Origin: Auanema rhodensis
Lineage: Eukaryota > Animalia > Nematoda
NCBI GenBank assembly: GCA_964057225.1
Contig: OZ059896.1
Span: forward strand, 15,438,001-15,502,000
Direction of reading: 5' to 3'
DNA length: 64,000 bases
Program-made: the position numbers and the translations under genes
Part shown: piece by piece, positions 47,101-61,936 of the stretch
Layout of the letters: the number at the start of each line of letters is the position of its first letter
Position numbering within the stretch: the first letter of the stretch is position 1
Notes under the pieces: generated by a model
Databases searched by the model: none
The model's input: the letters and a program-made list of their open reading frames with translations, nothing else
What the model was told of the DNA's origin: nothing

Positions 47101-50100
47101 AATCTTCGTACTGTTTCAGGCTCGTGTAGTCCAAGGTGCTCGAGGATTTCCACAAGAAGAAGTTGATAGTGTATTGGCTGCTTCTTATTTGGCCATGGAG
47201 CCATTAGAAATTCGATTCACGAAATGTGAGTCAATGTACGCACATGGATATACGTTTGAGGTAAATTTTTCTCAACTATTTTCAGTAGTTTATCAAGTTT
47301 TAGGCTGTTGACCATGCTAGAGAAATAGCTAAAACGTTACGTATGCACATGCCAGGAGTCGTAGATTCACCAACTCCGGTAAATACAGTCTTTGCAAATA
47401 ACTTATTAGATCAATGTTCTTAAGAGTGATCAACCTGGATGTAGCCATGATGGAGACGGAGACAGTATTTCTAAAGATCTTAAAATAAATATTGAAAAAT
47501 CCGTGCAGACTTTAGATATTCTTGAGAAGGCTGTAGCCATTGCTCAGGTATACTAACAGACTAAACAAATAGAAATTGTTTTTTTTTTTCAGATTTTAAA
47601 ATCACAAAATGACAATAGTTTGTTCTCCTTCATATTAGGAATTTTGATGTCTCCTAAACAACCCATGGCTACAAAATTCAGCCAAGTCAAAGAATATCAC
47701 ATTGTATGTTTAGTTTATGAAATCAAGAGTTCTATGAATGCTTTAGGAATGTGAGCTAATTGATATCTTACGATCACTTCATCTTGGCGATTCCGAATTG
47801 TTACAATTACGAAGAACTGCTTCAATTGTTAGTCTAATACTGCTCTTTTAAAATTTATTGTTAAATTATAGTTGGTTGGAAATGTGGAAAAACAAGTTCC
47901 CTCTACCGTTCCACACGTAGCGTTATCACATTATATTTTTGACAAGTTATCTTACACAGTAAATGTATGTGAAGTTGATCAAACAGGGTACGTTTTAACA
48001 TCATATTTTGACTCTTATTGTCAAATTTTAGAAATTCGAGGGTTCGTGACTATAAGGCTTGTGGTAGATTTTCTTCTGATGATGATCTTTGTCTACATGT
48101 TGCACTAGACGCCTTAGGGTCTAAATTGCTTGTTCCGGAAGATGAGTTTCCTATGCTTAGCGAAGTAGTTAGAAGACAGAAAGGAGACTTGTGTATTGCA
48201 CTGTTAAATGTATATAAAGATTCGAAAGAGAAGATTGGCCTGATTATGGACAAGTACCTAGATCCTCATGTCCATCGTATGTATAGGCAAGTTAACTTTT
48301 CAGCTTGAAACTATAATTTGTAATATTTCTAGTGAACATGCGTCTAATGCGGCCTATTTTATACGGAGAGACCCTATTTTGAAACGCAATGTGAGATCAA
48401 ATCTTAGACCTCAATTCCCTTATACGGACAAATATATTTTCATGGATGAAACTCTACCTGATAATTTCTTATCGACATGTGGAAAGTTGCCTATCAAACG
48501 ATGGAGGTATATTTCTTGTTTTTTGATTGTAATAGACTCTCTTGTTTTGAGACTTAAGAAACTTGAATATCCTACTGAAGCTCAGGCTCAATATATGACT
48601 GAGTTGTCTAAGCGCATCGTCGAAGAAGCTGGTGGAAATCAAAACCCTGTCGTTTTCGCTCCACTTGGTGCTAATGTTGTACAGGGACCTCATCGTACAA
48701 TGCGCTTGTGTGGTATCCTTGTGGCTATGTACGGTCTTGGTCTACACAACAAAGTGTCGTCTAGTTGGCAAACTCGTACGTACAACTGCAATACTTCTTG
48801 GATTAACAGTCAATCGATTGAAATTGGCTCGACTGCTGTTGAGATGATTCGAGAGCTTTGGATCGGCCATTATACAGCTTCAGAAGCTGCTGCTCTGGCT
48901 GATAAAGTGAAAAAAGATTGATGTTGGTTTTTTAATATTTTCTGTTTTAGGCTAGTTGTGAATCTCGTGATCCAATTATGGTCAAGGAAGCCGCAGAACT
49001 TGCTCTGTCTGTTTTGTCTCAAGCTTCAACTCTATCGTCTAGTGAGATTTTGAAAGCCTTGCTACAATGTAAAGAACAGGATTCAAAACTACTTGAAACA
49101 GCTTGTTTGAACTTAAGAGATGTATAATACACACGAATTTCAGTTTTTCAATGATCTTTTGCAGGTTTATCTAAAAAATGTTATACCACCCGAAGCATTA
49201 TGGAAAGTGGCTCATTACTGGGAAGATCTACACGTTGATTATGATTTCCCTCTTCAGAGCCCAAATGCTTTTTCTAATCCGCAGGCATTTAATCTTCAGC
49301 CTCCAAATAACCCAGTAAGCTTTTTAAATTCATTATTTTTCATTTATTTTCTTAGTTTCAGTACCAATATTCTCGTCAGCCAGTACCATATAGCAGATGC
49401 TCTACCATACAGATGGGCACCCTTCCACACTATCCACCTCATATGAGTAATCCTCAATATATATCGAATTATAATATGCATAATCCTGTTCGGTACGGAA
49501 GTTTACCCTTATTTCTATTCAATTGTTTGTTTATAGAATGCCAAACCCTCCTATTCAACCCCCACCACCAGTACAGCCTCAGGGACAAGGACCAGTTCCT
49601 TTGATTCATCAAAGTCACTCTGCTCCTCAGTTATCATCTATTCATCAAAATTCTGAACCTGAAACACGAATACACCTCGTAAGTGACATTTGATCGAATT
49701 TGCCCCAAAGCTCCGCTTTCTAGGCTCACGAAGCTGGAATCAAAGCCATCGAATCCTTAGGAATTGCTTCCTTGAATGAAGATTCCCGTACAAAATATGC
49801 TGTGGTACGCTAGAATTTAAGTTACTTCTTGCTAATTTTATCAAATCTTAGACTAGTTTGTATACTTCTGATATTCAATGGCTTTTCCGAATTTCTGGAA
49901 GCTTGGGCGCTTATTATGTGTCGACCTTCTTGGAAACTGCTGCGAGAAACGTAATGTCTCCGTTCACTTTGTATAATCTGGCTACTGATACTCTAAAAAT
50001 GGACAAAAAGTTCTTGTTGTCTCAACTCGTCTTTGGCCCAATTCCTCAAAGTGCAGCATCTAAACAATATTATCAGAACTTTGGACAGGTACTTTCTGAA

Positions 50101-50523
50101 TAAAATTATCGCTTTTTGCTAATGAAAGTAAATGTTCTTTGGCTTATAGTGTGTTTTCAGGTTCGTATAACCATGCTGAATCACAATTATCTCGCAGTCA
50201 CCGCGGAATTATTCGAAAGAGCCATTGAGCAGTTCTATGTAGGGATTATGACAAAGTTGAATTTCAGCAGATTCACTAATAGCGACCGAGAAGAAGTATG
50301 GTCTTCGGGTTTTCTTGTTTTCCTTACATACATTTTTTAGGCGTCACGTCTTTTGCAAGCAGCATGGGATGCTTGTCAATGCATTCCAGCTATTAGTCGA
50401 AACTTATTTGAAGATCTCTGTCGTCAAGCTAAAAAGCAAAAAGCTGGGAAACGTGAAATGTCGGGTGTCATCAACGAGCTAACCAAAAGGAGTGCACTTT
50501 ATCCCCAGAATGTTTACAAATAG
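44147..50523 (+). CDS. ebax-1: ZSWIM8/EBAX-1 Elongin-BC/Cul2 substrate receptor
   Basis: N-terminal SFEDSERFEDDS..NWRGW, BC-box SLVELSAK, SWIM finger CKCTCGKRPFWCMHV, DPTDGG, GLWNL, YGLGLHN, WINSQSIEIG. Confidence 0.9.
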
Positions 50524-51137
50524 TTTTCTATTTATTCCCACTTTAATAACAAATTTCCAAGTTCATTAACTTTGAGTTCAAGCGGGAGTTCATTAATGTT
50601 AAGTTTTTTAATCATATTTACTATATCACAGTTACCCTCTGGAAGGGGTTCATCTCTACATTTAGCTTATACATACAAACATAATCAATCATTTTATCCT
50701 TAAAAATGTAAAGAAAATAAGTTGTTGCAGGTTGTCGTACACCGTTTTACGAGTTTCTATTACAATAATAGTTTTTGGTAATATTATTTGTATATACAAC
50801 TAAACATAAATACGCTTCTCCTCTTTGAAAACCTAATTATAATCTCGATGTTCATTCTGTTTGACAGATTGTTTTATTTGATAATCATGTATTAAGTTAA
50901 TAATAAAATATCTTAGAAGGTGCACTGTTTTATATTGTTTTTATGATCCCCGTGTCTGCTCTATTGCCATAGTGATGCTGAAACTACTACTGGTAGCAGT
51001 CGCGCTGCTGCTTCTGATGTTGATACTGATGATGATGTAACAACGTGCTAAAGAACAAGACATGATAAAGATTATTAGCTTTCAAAATATTTTTCATCTC
51101 ACAATGTTTGGTGGCTTAGATTGAATACGAGTACATC

Positions 51138-51190
51138 TCGTGTGTGTGCCTGTGTGTGTGTATGTGTCTGAGCCTGTGTATGTGTCTGTA
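51138..51190. repeat. Degenerate (TG)n microsatellite
   Basis: GTGTGTGTGCCTGTGTGTGTGTATGTGTCTG... Confidence 0.7.
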
Positions 51191-53519
51191 AATGATGTCG
51201 CCCAATGCTTTAAATATACCGCAAAATAGATTTATGTTGGCAAATCAGATAGTAAAAACTGCGACAACTCCCTAGTTTCAATAATGTGTCCATGATCATC
51301 GAATCATGAGGTATTAGAGGTCACCAAAAAGGAAACAAAACAAAACAACATCACAACATCCCTTCCTTCCATCAGCTGAGGACTCTCTGTACTTTTCACT
51401 CTCTACTTGTTTTCAATCTATGAGAAATGATCTTTTCGAAAAAGCCTATTAGGCTTTGTCGGCGATAAATACGCATGTATGCTTGCATGTGCAGCTCATA
51501 TAATTGACCAAAACACTCAAAATGTTTATCATAATTCTATGTCGGAACTCAATTTTTTTGAATAGTTTTTGTACTCATCTTTGTTACAACTTATCCTTGT
51601 ACTTTGGTGGCAATATAAGATAGTTCACCACAAACTTCATGAAATGTTTTAATCTTAATTTTTTATTTAAAAAAAAATTCAAAATTAAATGAAAACAAAT
51701 CTGAACTTATCAAATTAGGTATTTTAATTTTCATAAAGAGAAATATTGTTCATATCGAATCTAAAGACGAGGCACTTTATTTCTTAACTTTATAGTTATT
51801 ATCTTCCAAAATTCAATGTTTCAAATGTGAACGGTGCTCCGTCCATAACATTTGATGATGCAAAAGCGGTAAGATGAGATATGGATTCTAAACAATTGCA
51901 AGTTGTTATCAGATAAGCTTTAGAGTCTAGCACTCTGAGCTTCATTGAAGAGGTAGATGTACTTTTACTTAGCATCATGAAGTAATGGCGTCTGCTAGGT
52001 GCCCTCGCTGTATTTTCTTTTAATTTCAAGAATATTTTCAATAACTTGTCGCTTCTATGCCGAATTCAACCGGTTCAGGCGTTCAACTTTGAACGAAATG
52101 ATCCACAAACCTGTCTGATATTTGACGTGAGAAGCACGTTTTAAAAGCACGTTCGAAGCATACTCAAGTCTCGAAATTGCTAAATAACTTAACTTTTAAT
52201 AATCAGGTTCTACTAGTTATGGCACGAAAAGTAGTAGCAGAAGCTTGTTTTACGTTTCCCACGAAAACGATTACTTCGTATGTTCCACCTTTAGTGATCA
52301 ATTCACGTAAGCCTGCACACCGATTAGCTTACTGCTGTTGAAAACTTATTGTTAGCATTAACAGCATACTGCCGCCGCTGCTGCTGCTCAACCATATTTC
52401 GCAATTTCTGGAAATATCTAGCAATACTGCAGCTGCCTCATATGCCTATAAATAGGTTCCCAACACATTCTCTGACCTTTTTCTTCTTGTTTTTTCTTAT
52501 TAGAAAACGGATCATCAGTCTAACAAAAGCAGGGAGAAGTTAGTTAAAATAAAAAAAATATTTATTTCACAATCAGTAGATCATACTTCTAACGATGTTC
52601 TTGCTGTTATTAATGAAGATGTTCCAAAAATATTAACTGTTTCTTTTTCTGTTTTTGACCAACATTAGTGATACAAATTAACGATTCACTATCATCTATC
52701 TGTTCTTTCATGTTATACTTATATTTTATTCCGCTTAGTTACTTCTGATTTCATGTGTCCGATGCTAAAAGTTTGTGCCTACGTATGGAAGGCACAAATT
52801 TAGATTAAGCTTATTCCACCTATAAGCGATAATACTTTGGATGTGCTTGTTTCCTTCATTCCTTCACAGCCGTACGTACTCACTTCCAAATCTATATTCA
52901 ACATGCCATTTCCTGAATATTCATCACACAGAGCGTCCATTTCCTTCACAAATATTTACATTTTTTATTTTGTCCTACAAGCTAATTTACGAAGCTAATT
53001 GTCTCAGGCGTATTTTAAACTTTTTAAAAACTTTGTTTGCTAACCTACTAGCGCCTGTTTCTTGATTTTCAATGATTTTTCGATCTGAATTAGAAGGACA
53101 AGCTCATCGAGATTATTCTGATGATTCGATTATTTCAACAGTTGAAGTTTAACTCCTTGTCTTACCCTTTAATTCGTTTATATCACATCTACTCAACTAC
53201 TTAACATCATCAACCTCTTTAAACTTTTAAAAATTATTTCATGTATCTGTTGTTTGTTTTAATTGAGAAACATTTGAAAAGAAGAAAATAAACATAAACA
53301 AGGTTTTCTAATGAAGTTCGTAAAACAAGTTTATCAAGTTTGGTTCATGACCTATTTCGAACTATTAAAAGATATTTTTATAATTTTATTCCCAAATTAA
53401 GCTCAAGAACGTTCTGATTCAAATAGTATTTTTCAGTTTTTTTGAAATCAAAAAATTTCAATTCAAGATCAGAAACTAAGATTGAAACTAATCAGTACAT
53501 CATTATGTCATGCGGGTAC

Positions 53520-54800
53520 ATGCAGTTCAAAGATTAAAAGGTTGAGAGTGGTATCATCGAGATTGGCAATTCTTTGTATATTTACTTAGTAAGAGCAGTA
53601 GAAGCCCCTTGATCATTATATATTTAAGGTCTTGAATTGTATTCATTTCGACAGTATTTCAGTCGACCCGCGAAATTGACTTAAATTGCCGTCTATTTCA
53701 TGACAAAAATCTCTGCATCATCCAAATTTGGAGCATTCAGTCTCGTGTTTTTCCGCGAAATTTTGTCAAAAATTCTTTTATTTGTATCTCTCAACTTAAC
53801 ATCAGATTTGAGAGTGAAGTCTATTCGGCGTAAACATGGCAATTTGATCGTTCTGCCTGAATTGCTGCTTATTTCCATGTACCGTTTGACCATATATAAA
53901 GCAATATTGATTGAACTCGAATCCGGAAGTCCTAACGTCATCGTACTCCATTCTGTACTTCTTGAAACAATTGCTTGAATGATCTTGAGTTAGTGACGAT
54001 GACAAGTCTGAAATCAGCTTTATGTTTTCTTCTCGTATTTGCCAATTTATCCTTGATACTCATCCTCACGTACGAACGGCTGAATAGCGCGATTGCCCAG
54101 ATATCTTGGTGGTGCACACCCAAAAGCAATTTCTGATCCTTCATCGTGTGCGCTCTCAAAACGTATTTGCACTTTCAGGACAAATTCGTCTGAGGCTTAG
54201 GTCATGTGATATCTTCTACTATCGGGTTATGGAAGAATTGTTTCTTCTTGTAATTTTCTGTATATAAACGATGTGACGTGTGCTACTCTGTCCAGTATAT
54301 AATATCCCATCAACACAAATTGCCCACACTCACTGACATTCAATCTCACACAAAGCAGCCGAAAGTCAGGATAGTATGTGTGCTCTGGGAGATAGCATGT
54401 TGAAGGTTATTTCGCCAGATTTAACCAGATGTTCGAGTCAACTGTGTTTTTCTCATTCATTTCTTACTTTTCATTGAATTTTTTAATTTTTCTTTTCTTT
54501 CTCCTTTTCAGTCTTGTTTTTTTTGTTTCGTTGCCTCTATCTTTCTATTGTTCTATCTCTTTTTCTCTTTGTTTTACCGGAAATATCTCCAGATTTTGTT
54601 ATTTTGAAACATTGGCACTTTGTATCATCTGTTCGTTTTTCACTTCCCCCTTGTTGACAGGTTAAGAGCGCAACAAGGCTCAAGAAATAATGAAAAGATA
54701 CTTCTCCAAACCTGCTCTTAGCATAGTCTTCATCATCATCACTACTACGTACGTCTCCCATCTCTCTCATAATTCGTTCTGTTCTCTCCGTTGACATTGA
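53520..54800 (-). pseudogene. Decayed coding-like sequence of unknown family (possibly F-box/LRR-like)
   Basis: One minus-strand frame gives long protein-like runs (MLSPRAHTYYPDFRLLC...; LPCLRRIDFTL...LNAPNLDDAEIF) broken by stops; GC above flanks. Confidence 0.3.
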
Positions 54801-55977
54801 AAAGCTCGTTCACCCATCCTTTGCCCCTTACAACCACCCGCCCTCCCTACAACCATATACACAACCTATAGACATGCAAGTAATAACTAGTTTGACAGCA
54901 GGAACATTGTATCAACTTTATTTCTTTTGAGGCTTCTTCTTGGTGTTTTTGCTGTTCCTAGAGTCAAATACCCGGAGCCATAGCAGCACATTCATTGTTA
55001 TAATCAGCTAGGACAACTTAACTATTTTTTTTCAATGGTGGCAAAAAAAAACGAAATCAAGTTGTGTTCCGAGCAGTTTTATTTTTAGCTTCATGAAAGT
55101 TGTTAACTAAGCTAATTATGTTATCTAAATATTATGATTTGTTGCTCTTGCATCTCATGTTTCTATACTTACTCTGAGAAAACAAGAACAAAAATATTTG
55201 GAAGCCATGTGCTGCATTCGAACTTTGAAAGAAAACAATAATCAGCTTTTATCAATGTTGTTCTTCATTTCAGTATATAAGGAGAAGCAAAAAATCGTAA
55301 AATTGATGTAGCACACATTCACAAAGCTCTACCCCCCCCCCTACCAATATAACCCTCTTCTCATAGGCCCTTAACAGTCCTTAGTCCTATTTCATCTCAT
55401 TTTTATTTTGGAGTTTTCCTCTTCATCTATCTATATATCTACATATATATCTCTCACTATCTCTCTTTATCTCTTCTTTGGTCTATACCATTCATATCCC
55501 CTTCCTGGTATACCTGTGTTTGTGTGCTTCATGTTCCCATTCCATCTATCATCTGCAGCCGGCTTCATCTGTTATCGTATGTATGTTCTCTGTCAGGTAT
55601 CCATTGATTAACCATATTTAAGTTGATTAACCCATAATCATGTATTTGATGTCATATACATTCACACATACATACATTCATTTTAACAGTTTCTCTTCAT
55701 TTTATATATAAAAGTATTATTTGTGAATTAATTTACTAATATATCTTATAATCTATATATTATATACATTGGATAGTTAAATGTACTATTCTCTTGATTA
55801 TATACTATTAATATACAACGTATTCTTATCATATTATTTCAATCAAACATAATTTTTAATTATAGAAATTCCGAAAAGAAAAAAAAGCTTTAAGCGAAGT
55901 CATAACTCATATCAGAAACTCATTCAAAACCTACTCTCTCTCTCCCTCTCTCTCTCGGCCTATACTCACTATCGAAA

Positions 55978-57427
55978 ATGATGGATCTTCAATTCTTCTT
56001 AAGTTGCCTATCAGTTTCTGCCATTATCACTACAATTTGTTTGTTTTTCACAGGAATGTAAGTTATATACAAGTTATTTATTTCTTTAAAACATAATTTT
56101 TCTCATTTTTCAGTCCAATATGTAAAAAAATTTTACAACAAAAATCTACCCAAGATATTTCTGGTATTGTCTTTTTAACAGGATTCATAGGGTAAGTAAG
56201 GATTTGCACATGCGTAGAGAACTAATCGAAATCTTACTGTATCATCCTTTATTGGATACTGTATTTTTGAGCATTAAACGATCAGAAATCGTATAAATGT
56301 ATATACTACTATGTATACTATATGTAATATATATATATATACAAACTATATATGAATTATATATATATATATATATATATATTGATTATAGATGTTCTTT
56401 CTGGCTTCGTTATGGATACTTGAAAGAAGATCGAACTATGATGACTGTGAATGCCGTCGGCTCATCACTTTTTGTTGTTTATTCGACGTTTTATTTAATT
56501 TTTACAAACCCTAGAGTAAGTTCAAACAATCGTTTAAAACCTAAAAACATATATATTTAGTTTGCTTTTGCTTGGAAATATTGCATTTCCTGGATTCTCA
56601 TTGTTGCCATGTTATTGTATACGGAAATTCAACCAAATATGGATTTATTAGGAATTGCTTGCATGACTTTTAACATTTTAACTTTTGGTGCACCATTAGC
56701 AGGATTGGTAGGTTCTTTGAAGTTCAGTTAAATATATTTTCTATAAATCTATCAAATATTTTTGCAAAATTGGTAATTGAAATGAAAAAGAAGACGAAGA
56801 AGGTTCTAAATTTATTATTCTTTAGGGTATTGTATTGAGAAAAAAATGTTGTGATAGTTTACCTTTACCTATGTGTGTTGCTAATCTTTTGGTTAGTTCA
56901 CAATGGCTTTTATACGGAAATATCATTAAGGATTCTTATATTATGGTTTGTTTATCTTAAATCTCAATTTTTCATTTTCAAATATTCAGATTCCTAATGG
57001 AATTGGTATGGCTTTGGCTGTTTTCCAGCTATGTCTTTTCATTATCTTTCCAATGAATACTCATGATCGCTCAATTTTGGATCGTTTCATGACCTTATGT
57101 CGTCGCCAAGACGTAGATGAATCAGATATTGAAAGTGGTATGTTTCTTAGTTTCATCATCCTCTTTCTCATGCTTTATTTCATATATTTTTGCAGCTGAA
57201 AGCAGTAAATGCTCATCCACCACACTAACCATTGACAGCGACGATACTCTGATTAAGCAAGCCAAGTAAGCATTTACTAGCAAACATAGAATTTTCTTTG
57301 ACTGATTGTAACTGCTCTCTTCCATTTCAGAGACTTCAAACGACATTCAAATTCACATTTTGACGGAGCTGTTGTATATCCAATGACCAAAACTAAAAGT
57401 TTTCCGGATATCTATCGATTAGCTTAA
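55978..57427 (+). CDS. SWEET (MtN3/saliva) sugar transporter
   Basis: [58 protein letters not shown]. Confidence 0.93.
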
Positions 57428-60125
57428 GTTTTTCAGTTTTAATCTGCTTCTTCCTAGACTCAAAATAAACCAAAATAGGTCGAAAGATATCATAAAATCA
57501 TGATTAATTCATAATTTTTCATGCATATATGCATACATGTATTTCAATTTATTAATATATTAATTCTAATGGTTTTTATTTCAATTTTTTGTTCTAATTG
57601 TCTTAATTTTTGGTGCAATACGTGTAGAATTTGTTTTATATACATATACTTATGAAGAGATTTCTATTACGAAGAGAATTTTTATACCTTTTTTTTCAAA
57701 ACAATTGATCTGATTCATAAAAATTATTGAAATTTAAATAAAAATTTTTACTCTTTACAAGTGTATTTTATTAAAAGTTAACAGAATAAGCTTATGAATA
57801 TAATGCTCAGTTTCAGAAAGTTTGAAACATGGTGATGCCGGGGAGTTTTCAGTGAATGAATTATTTGTTATTTGCATGTAATATAATACATTTTCTAAAG
57901 AATTCGATTGAAAAAAGAATATTACTTTCCTCTTTCCAACTAGACCAGCATTCCAACTTGAATATACTGCGATTTTTTCTCCTTCTTTTCTTCAAATACA
58001 AATTTTGATTAATATTCATAATGCTCATGTATTTCTTCTCTTCACTCACTCTCTCTTTCTCTCTCTATTTATATTTGCTTCTCTCAGTTTAAGCATATTT
58101 CTCTCTGGGAGGATGAGTATATGCTTTAGATTGTTTCGATCTATATTGACTTTTAACAATCCCATCTTGTATTTATAATAATTTTAATAAAATGAATTCG
58201 TTTATGTGTTTCCATTTTAGTAAATGAAAAATTTATACGATGAGTTGCTATGAGTCAGTTCCTAAACATCTTTGCACAGCCCAAAGCTTCATGAGCAATG
58301 GGAGGATTTTCTCAACAACTTTCGATTCCCATTGTTATGGCATGCGGCTTTCTCTTTACTAAAACTACTTTTTCAAGTTTTGTTAATCTCGTTTCTTTAT
58401 AGTTTTCTAATTCTATTTCATTTTTTTCATCTTTGTTTCCTTCTTCACAAATTTGCCTACTTTTTAGTTTAATATTAGTATTTATATATATAGGAAATCC
58501 AGATGAATTATCTACCATATAGTCAGTATAGTGACTTTATTGAAACTGCTAGAAATCTTCCAGTTCTCTATGATGAGCAATCATCCGAGAAAGACAAATA
58601 CAGCGCTTATGAGATATTAGGGAATACATTCAATCTGAAGAGTAACAATCCCTCCTTAGACAATCTAATTTACGAATTTTGAGATTTTTAGCAGAAACAG
58701 CTAAACAGCAATGGCTTCAAATCGTAAGATGGCATCATCACATGTTACCCAAGTTAGATAGAAAGGCTTTTCTTATTCCTCCGCCGTCAGGTATCTTGAT
58801 TGAATTTCTCTTCTAATACTTGCTCCCAATTCAGAAGCCGATCAAAATAGTTCAATTGATGAATGGAGAGATGCTGATTGTCGGATAGCTGAATCTTTAT
58901 CTCATTTTTTCTTTGACGATTTAAATTTTCTACTAAAACCTCTAACTAAAAAGCAAAAATAAAACAGCTTGACAAACATATTTGTGACAATTTGTATATA
59001 TGTGTATATATGTTTCTAATATGTACATTTATGAAATTCTTTTTTAAAAATAAGGAAAATCACATTTTCTAAAATCAAAAATGACCTGTAAATTGTATAG
59101 TAAAGAACTGATTATAATTGGATGTACTTTAACGCTCATGTTACTGAATCAGAATCTCATCAATCTGTTTGATTGACTAACGATATGTGATCGGTGATGA
59201 ATGTGAAAAACACTTGTTTGCTCTTTTTGACCAAAGTTTATATGAAAATCTTCTATCTTTCTATTTCATTATAATTCTTTCAATGTTTTAGAAGAATGAA
59301 TTTTAAAAACCTGCTCATATGTGTATTGTTCATGTTTAATTGATCTTTAATTATAAATCATGCCATCATCACGTTGTTCATAATGAAATTTTCCTGATTT
59401 TATTGTTAATTGTGAAATTGAAATATTCATGAAAGAGGTACTTGAACAATAATGTTTAAAGCTTTTCTGATTCTTTAAGATTTAAGTTTAAAAGAATATA
59501 TAGTGTATATAGTTTGATTTTTACTATTTTATATTATATTTTATTAAAAATTTAATTTTCTCAAAGGGGGCCGCGAATCAATGCAACCACCTAATATTAA
59601 AATAATTTAATTTTTTTTAATCTTAAAAGAATCAAATAGTTCATTATAATATCTAAAAATATAAAGAATTGAGAATGAAGCCTTAATTAGCATAATTTTC
59701 TAAAATTACGTGAACTACCACGTATATTTAATTTTATATGTTCTGATCTGAGTAAACGATTGCTTTCAACAGCATCTAATCTAACAATAGATACTTGCAG
59801 AGATATATGTGGAAATTTTCACGATACATAAAGATAATTTCCCATTGTTCTTGATATATCATTGACTTATTTATAATTTTTTTTAAATGAAAACCAAGAA
59901 AAAGCATTGTGCATACGACGAAGTAAATTCTTGGAAATGCTTTTGTATGGTGCATAGCTTTGTGATTTGTGGAGATTGGGTTCAGAATTATTCTCCCACG
60001 TTGTACTGGTACTCATTTCAGCTTGTGTGAATGTCTATATTTTAAGACTTGTTGAGTAGTAGCTCACGTAATCAAATGATATTGTAATAGAAAATCATTT
60101 TAACTATTATCGACAAAGAGAGCAG

Positions 60126-60189
60126 CTGCATTCCGTACATACTACTTAGACGAAGTGAAGTCTTCACTTACGACCATACCACGTTGAAA
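60126..60189 (+). pseudogene. Truncated 5S rRNA 5' fragment with its upstream flank
   Basis: CTTACGACCATACCACGTTGAAA (60167-60189) identical to 5S nt 2-24; preceding 40 bp align without gaps to the array's 5S upstream flank. Confidence 0.85.
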
Positions 60190-60645
60190 TTATACAGCCA
60201 GGCGGCTCGGTTATTATCTGTGACGCCTTTAAAATTTCAGTTTTTTCTTTTTTGAGATAAAACCTTAGCATTTCAGTTATATGATTGACTTATTCATTTT
60301 ATTCACAAAATCACAAACTGATATTTTTCGCTTCTGATAAAGAAGATAAAAAAGATTTGAAGAAATATTATCTAACTATTTCTTATATATGCTGCTCACA
60401 CTGTTTGATATGTATATGAGAAATCAATATAAATTATTCTTTTTATATTTTATAATATATTTTTGTTGTCAAAGTGTTATATTAACATATAACCATAGAG
60501 TAGTTCTAGCTAGTTGGAATCACACTGTAACAGCTATCCCTCTTGTCTGGTCTTCAAGTGGCAAATAAGCTAGTCAGTCATATTATATTCTTCAATATAA
60601 ACTTATGAGCATTATTCATATTTTAGGAAATTTGATTGGAATACA

Positions 60646-61936
60646 ATGCTGAAAACTACTTTACTTATAGTTTTAGCTGCATTATTAATCTGGGGATTTA
60701 TTATAAATATATTAGTTATATATGCAGTATATATTCTTGCATTTAAGTATGTTGTAAAATAATATTTGTTAAGAAAATTATATTAAAAATTATGTTTATT
60801 TTAGAAAGAAATTGTCACCAATATATATTTTATCTTTATATAATATATCAATTGATTGTATTCATTTATTATTATCATTATGTTATACATTTCCATCAAT
60901 TCTTTTAGATGTATTATCATTTATTAACTTATATATTCATATAAATATATATTTTAGGATTGGATTTTAGTTAATGGACGTGATGATGTTATTATGCATA
61001 TACTAGGAGATATTTTCATGTTTTGTTGGTATAGTATTTCAGGTTCACAAATAGCTATGGCCATCAATAGGTTAATATTTTTAATCAAAAATTCTTGTAA
61101 AGATAGATAAGTTACAAAAGATATTAATAATGAAGTTTAGACTTGTGGTTGTATGTTTTCCTCGATATGATATATTTACATTTAAAACTGTTAGTATTGT
61201 AATCATAGTTGAAGGCATAATAAGTATCGGATTAACTATACTTACTCAGCATTTATTCCCTTGTTGTCAGTATGTTATATCTATTGAAACAGTTGAAATC
61301 ATACAATCACCTGCAGATTTATACTTGATAAAGATATTTATTCATATTCTTATAATATCAAAGAAGGAATTATAAATTATACAGATGTATACGTTGATAT
61401 ATGGCTAAGTAGTTCAACCACAATATTATGCGCTGTCTGTTATTCGGCTGTAATCTCACAATACATCATATACTTTTAAAATAATATTACATTTTAGATT
61501 ATTATTTATGTAAAATATTCAAGAAGAAATATAAAATTAAGTGAAAAAGATAAAAACAAGCGTAAACTACAGGAATACAAGTTTATAATTAAAAATATAT
61601 AAGCTAAAATATGAGAATAACATGATTTAGATACGCTATTCAGTTCTGCATCTTAGGCATCTTCTATCTATTCAGTTGGGTGCTTTTCCGAATATTTCCT
61701 CCATTCATAATGAACAATGGCGCTCCTATTGCATGGTTAATCATAACTCCTGTATGTTTAACTCTAAATAGTAGTGCTAATTCAACAATTTATATTTTTT
61801 CGAATAGTGAGGTGAGTTCATTAAAATTTAAAATACAACAAAATACATAATATAATTATAGGTTAGAGATATATTTCGAACCAAATCTAATTTCTTTAAA
61901 AGGAAAGTAACTACAACAGAAACTAATAGTTTATAG
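60646..61936 (+). CDS. Serpentine chemoreceptor (7TM GPCR, srx-like)
   Basis: Seven hydrophobic segments; QIAMAINR, PCCQF, EYKYAIQF, NSSANSTIYIFSNSEVR; reading frame intact across GT-AG introns. Confidence 0.85.

Noticed and set aside
60800-60860. Suspected frameshift making srx a pseudogene
   Set aside because: Re-reading gives an intact frame (SPIYILSLYNISIDC)
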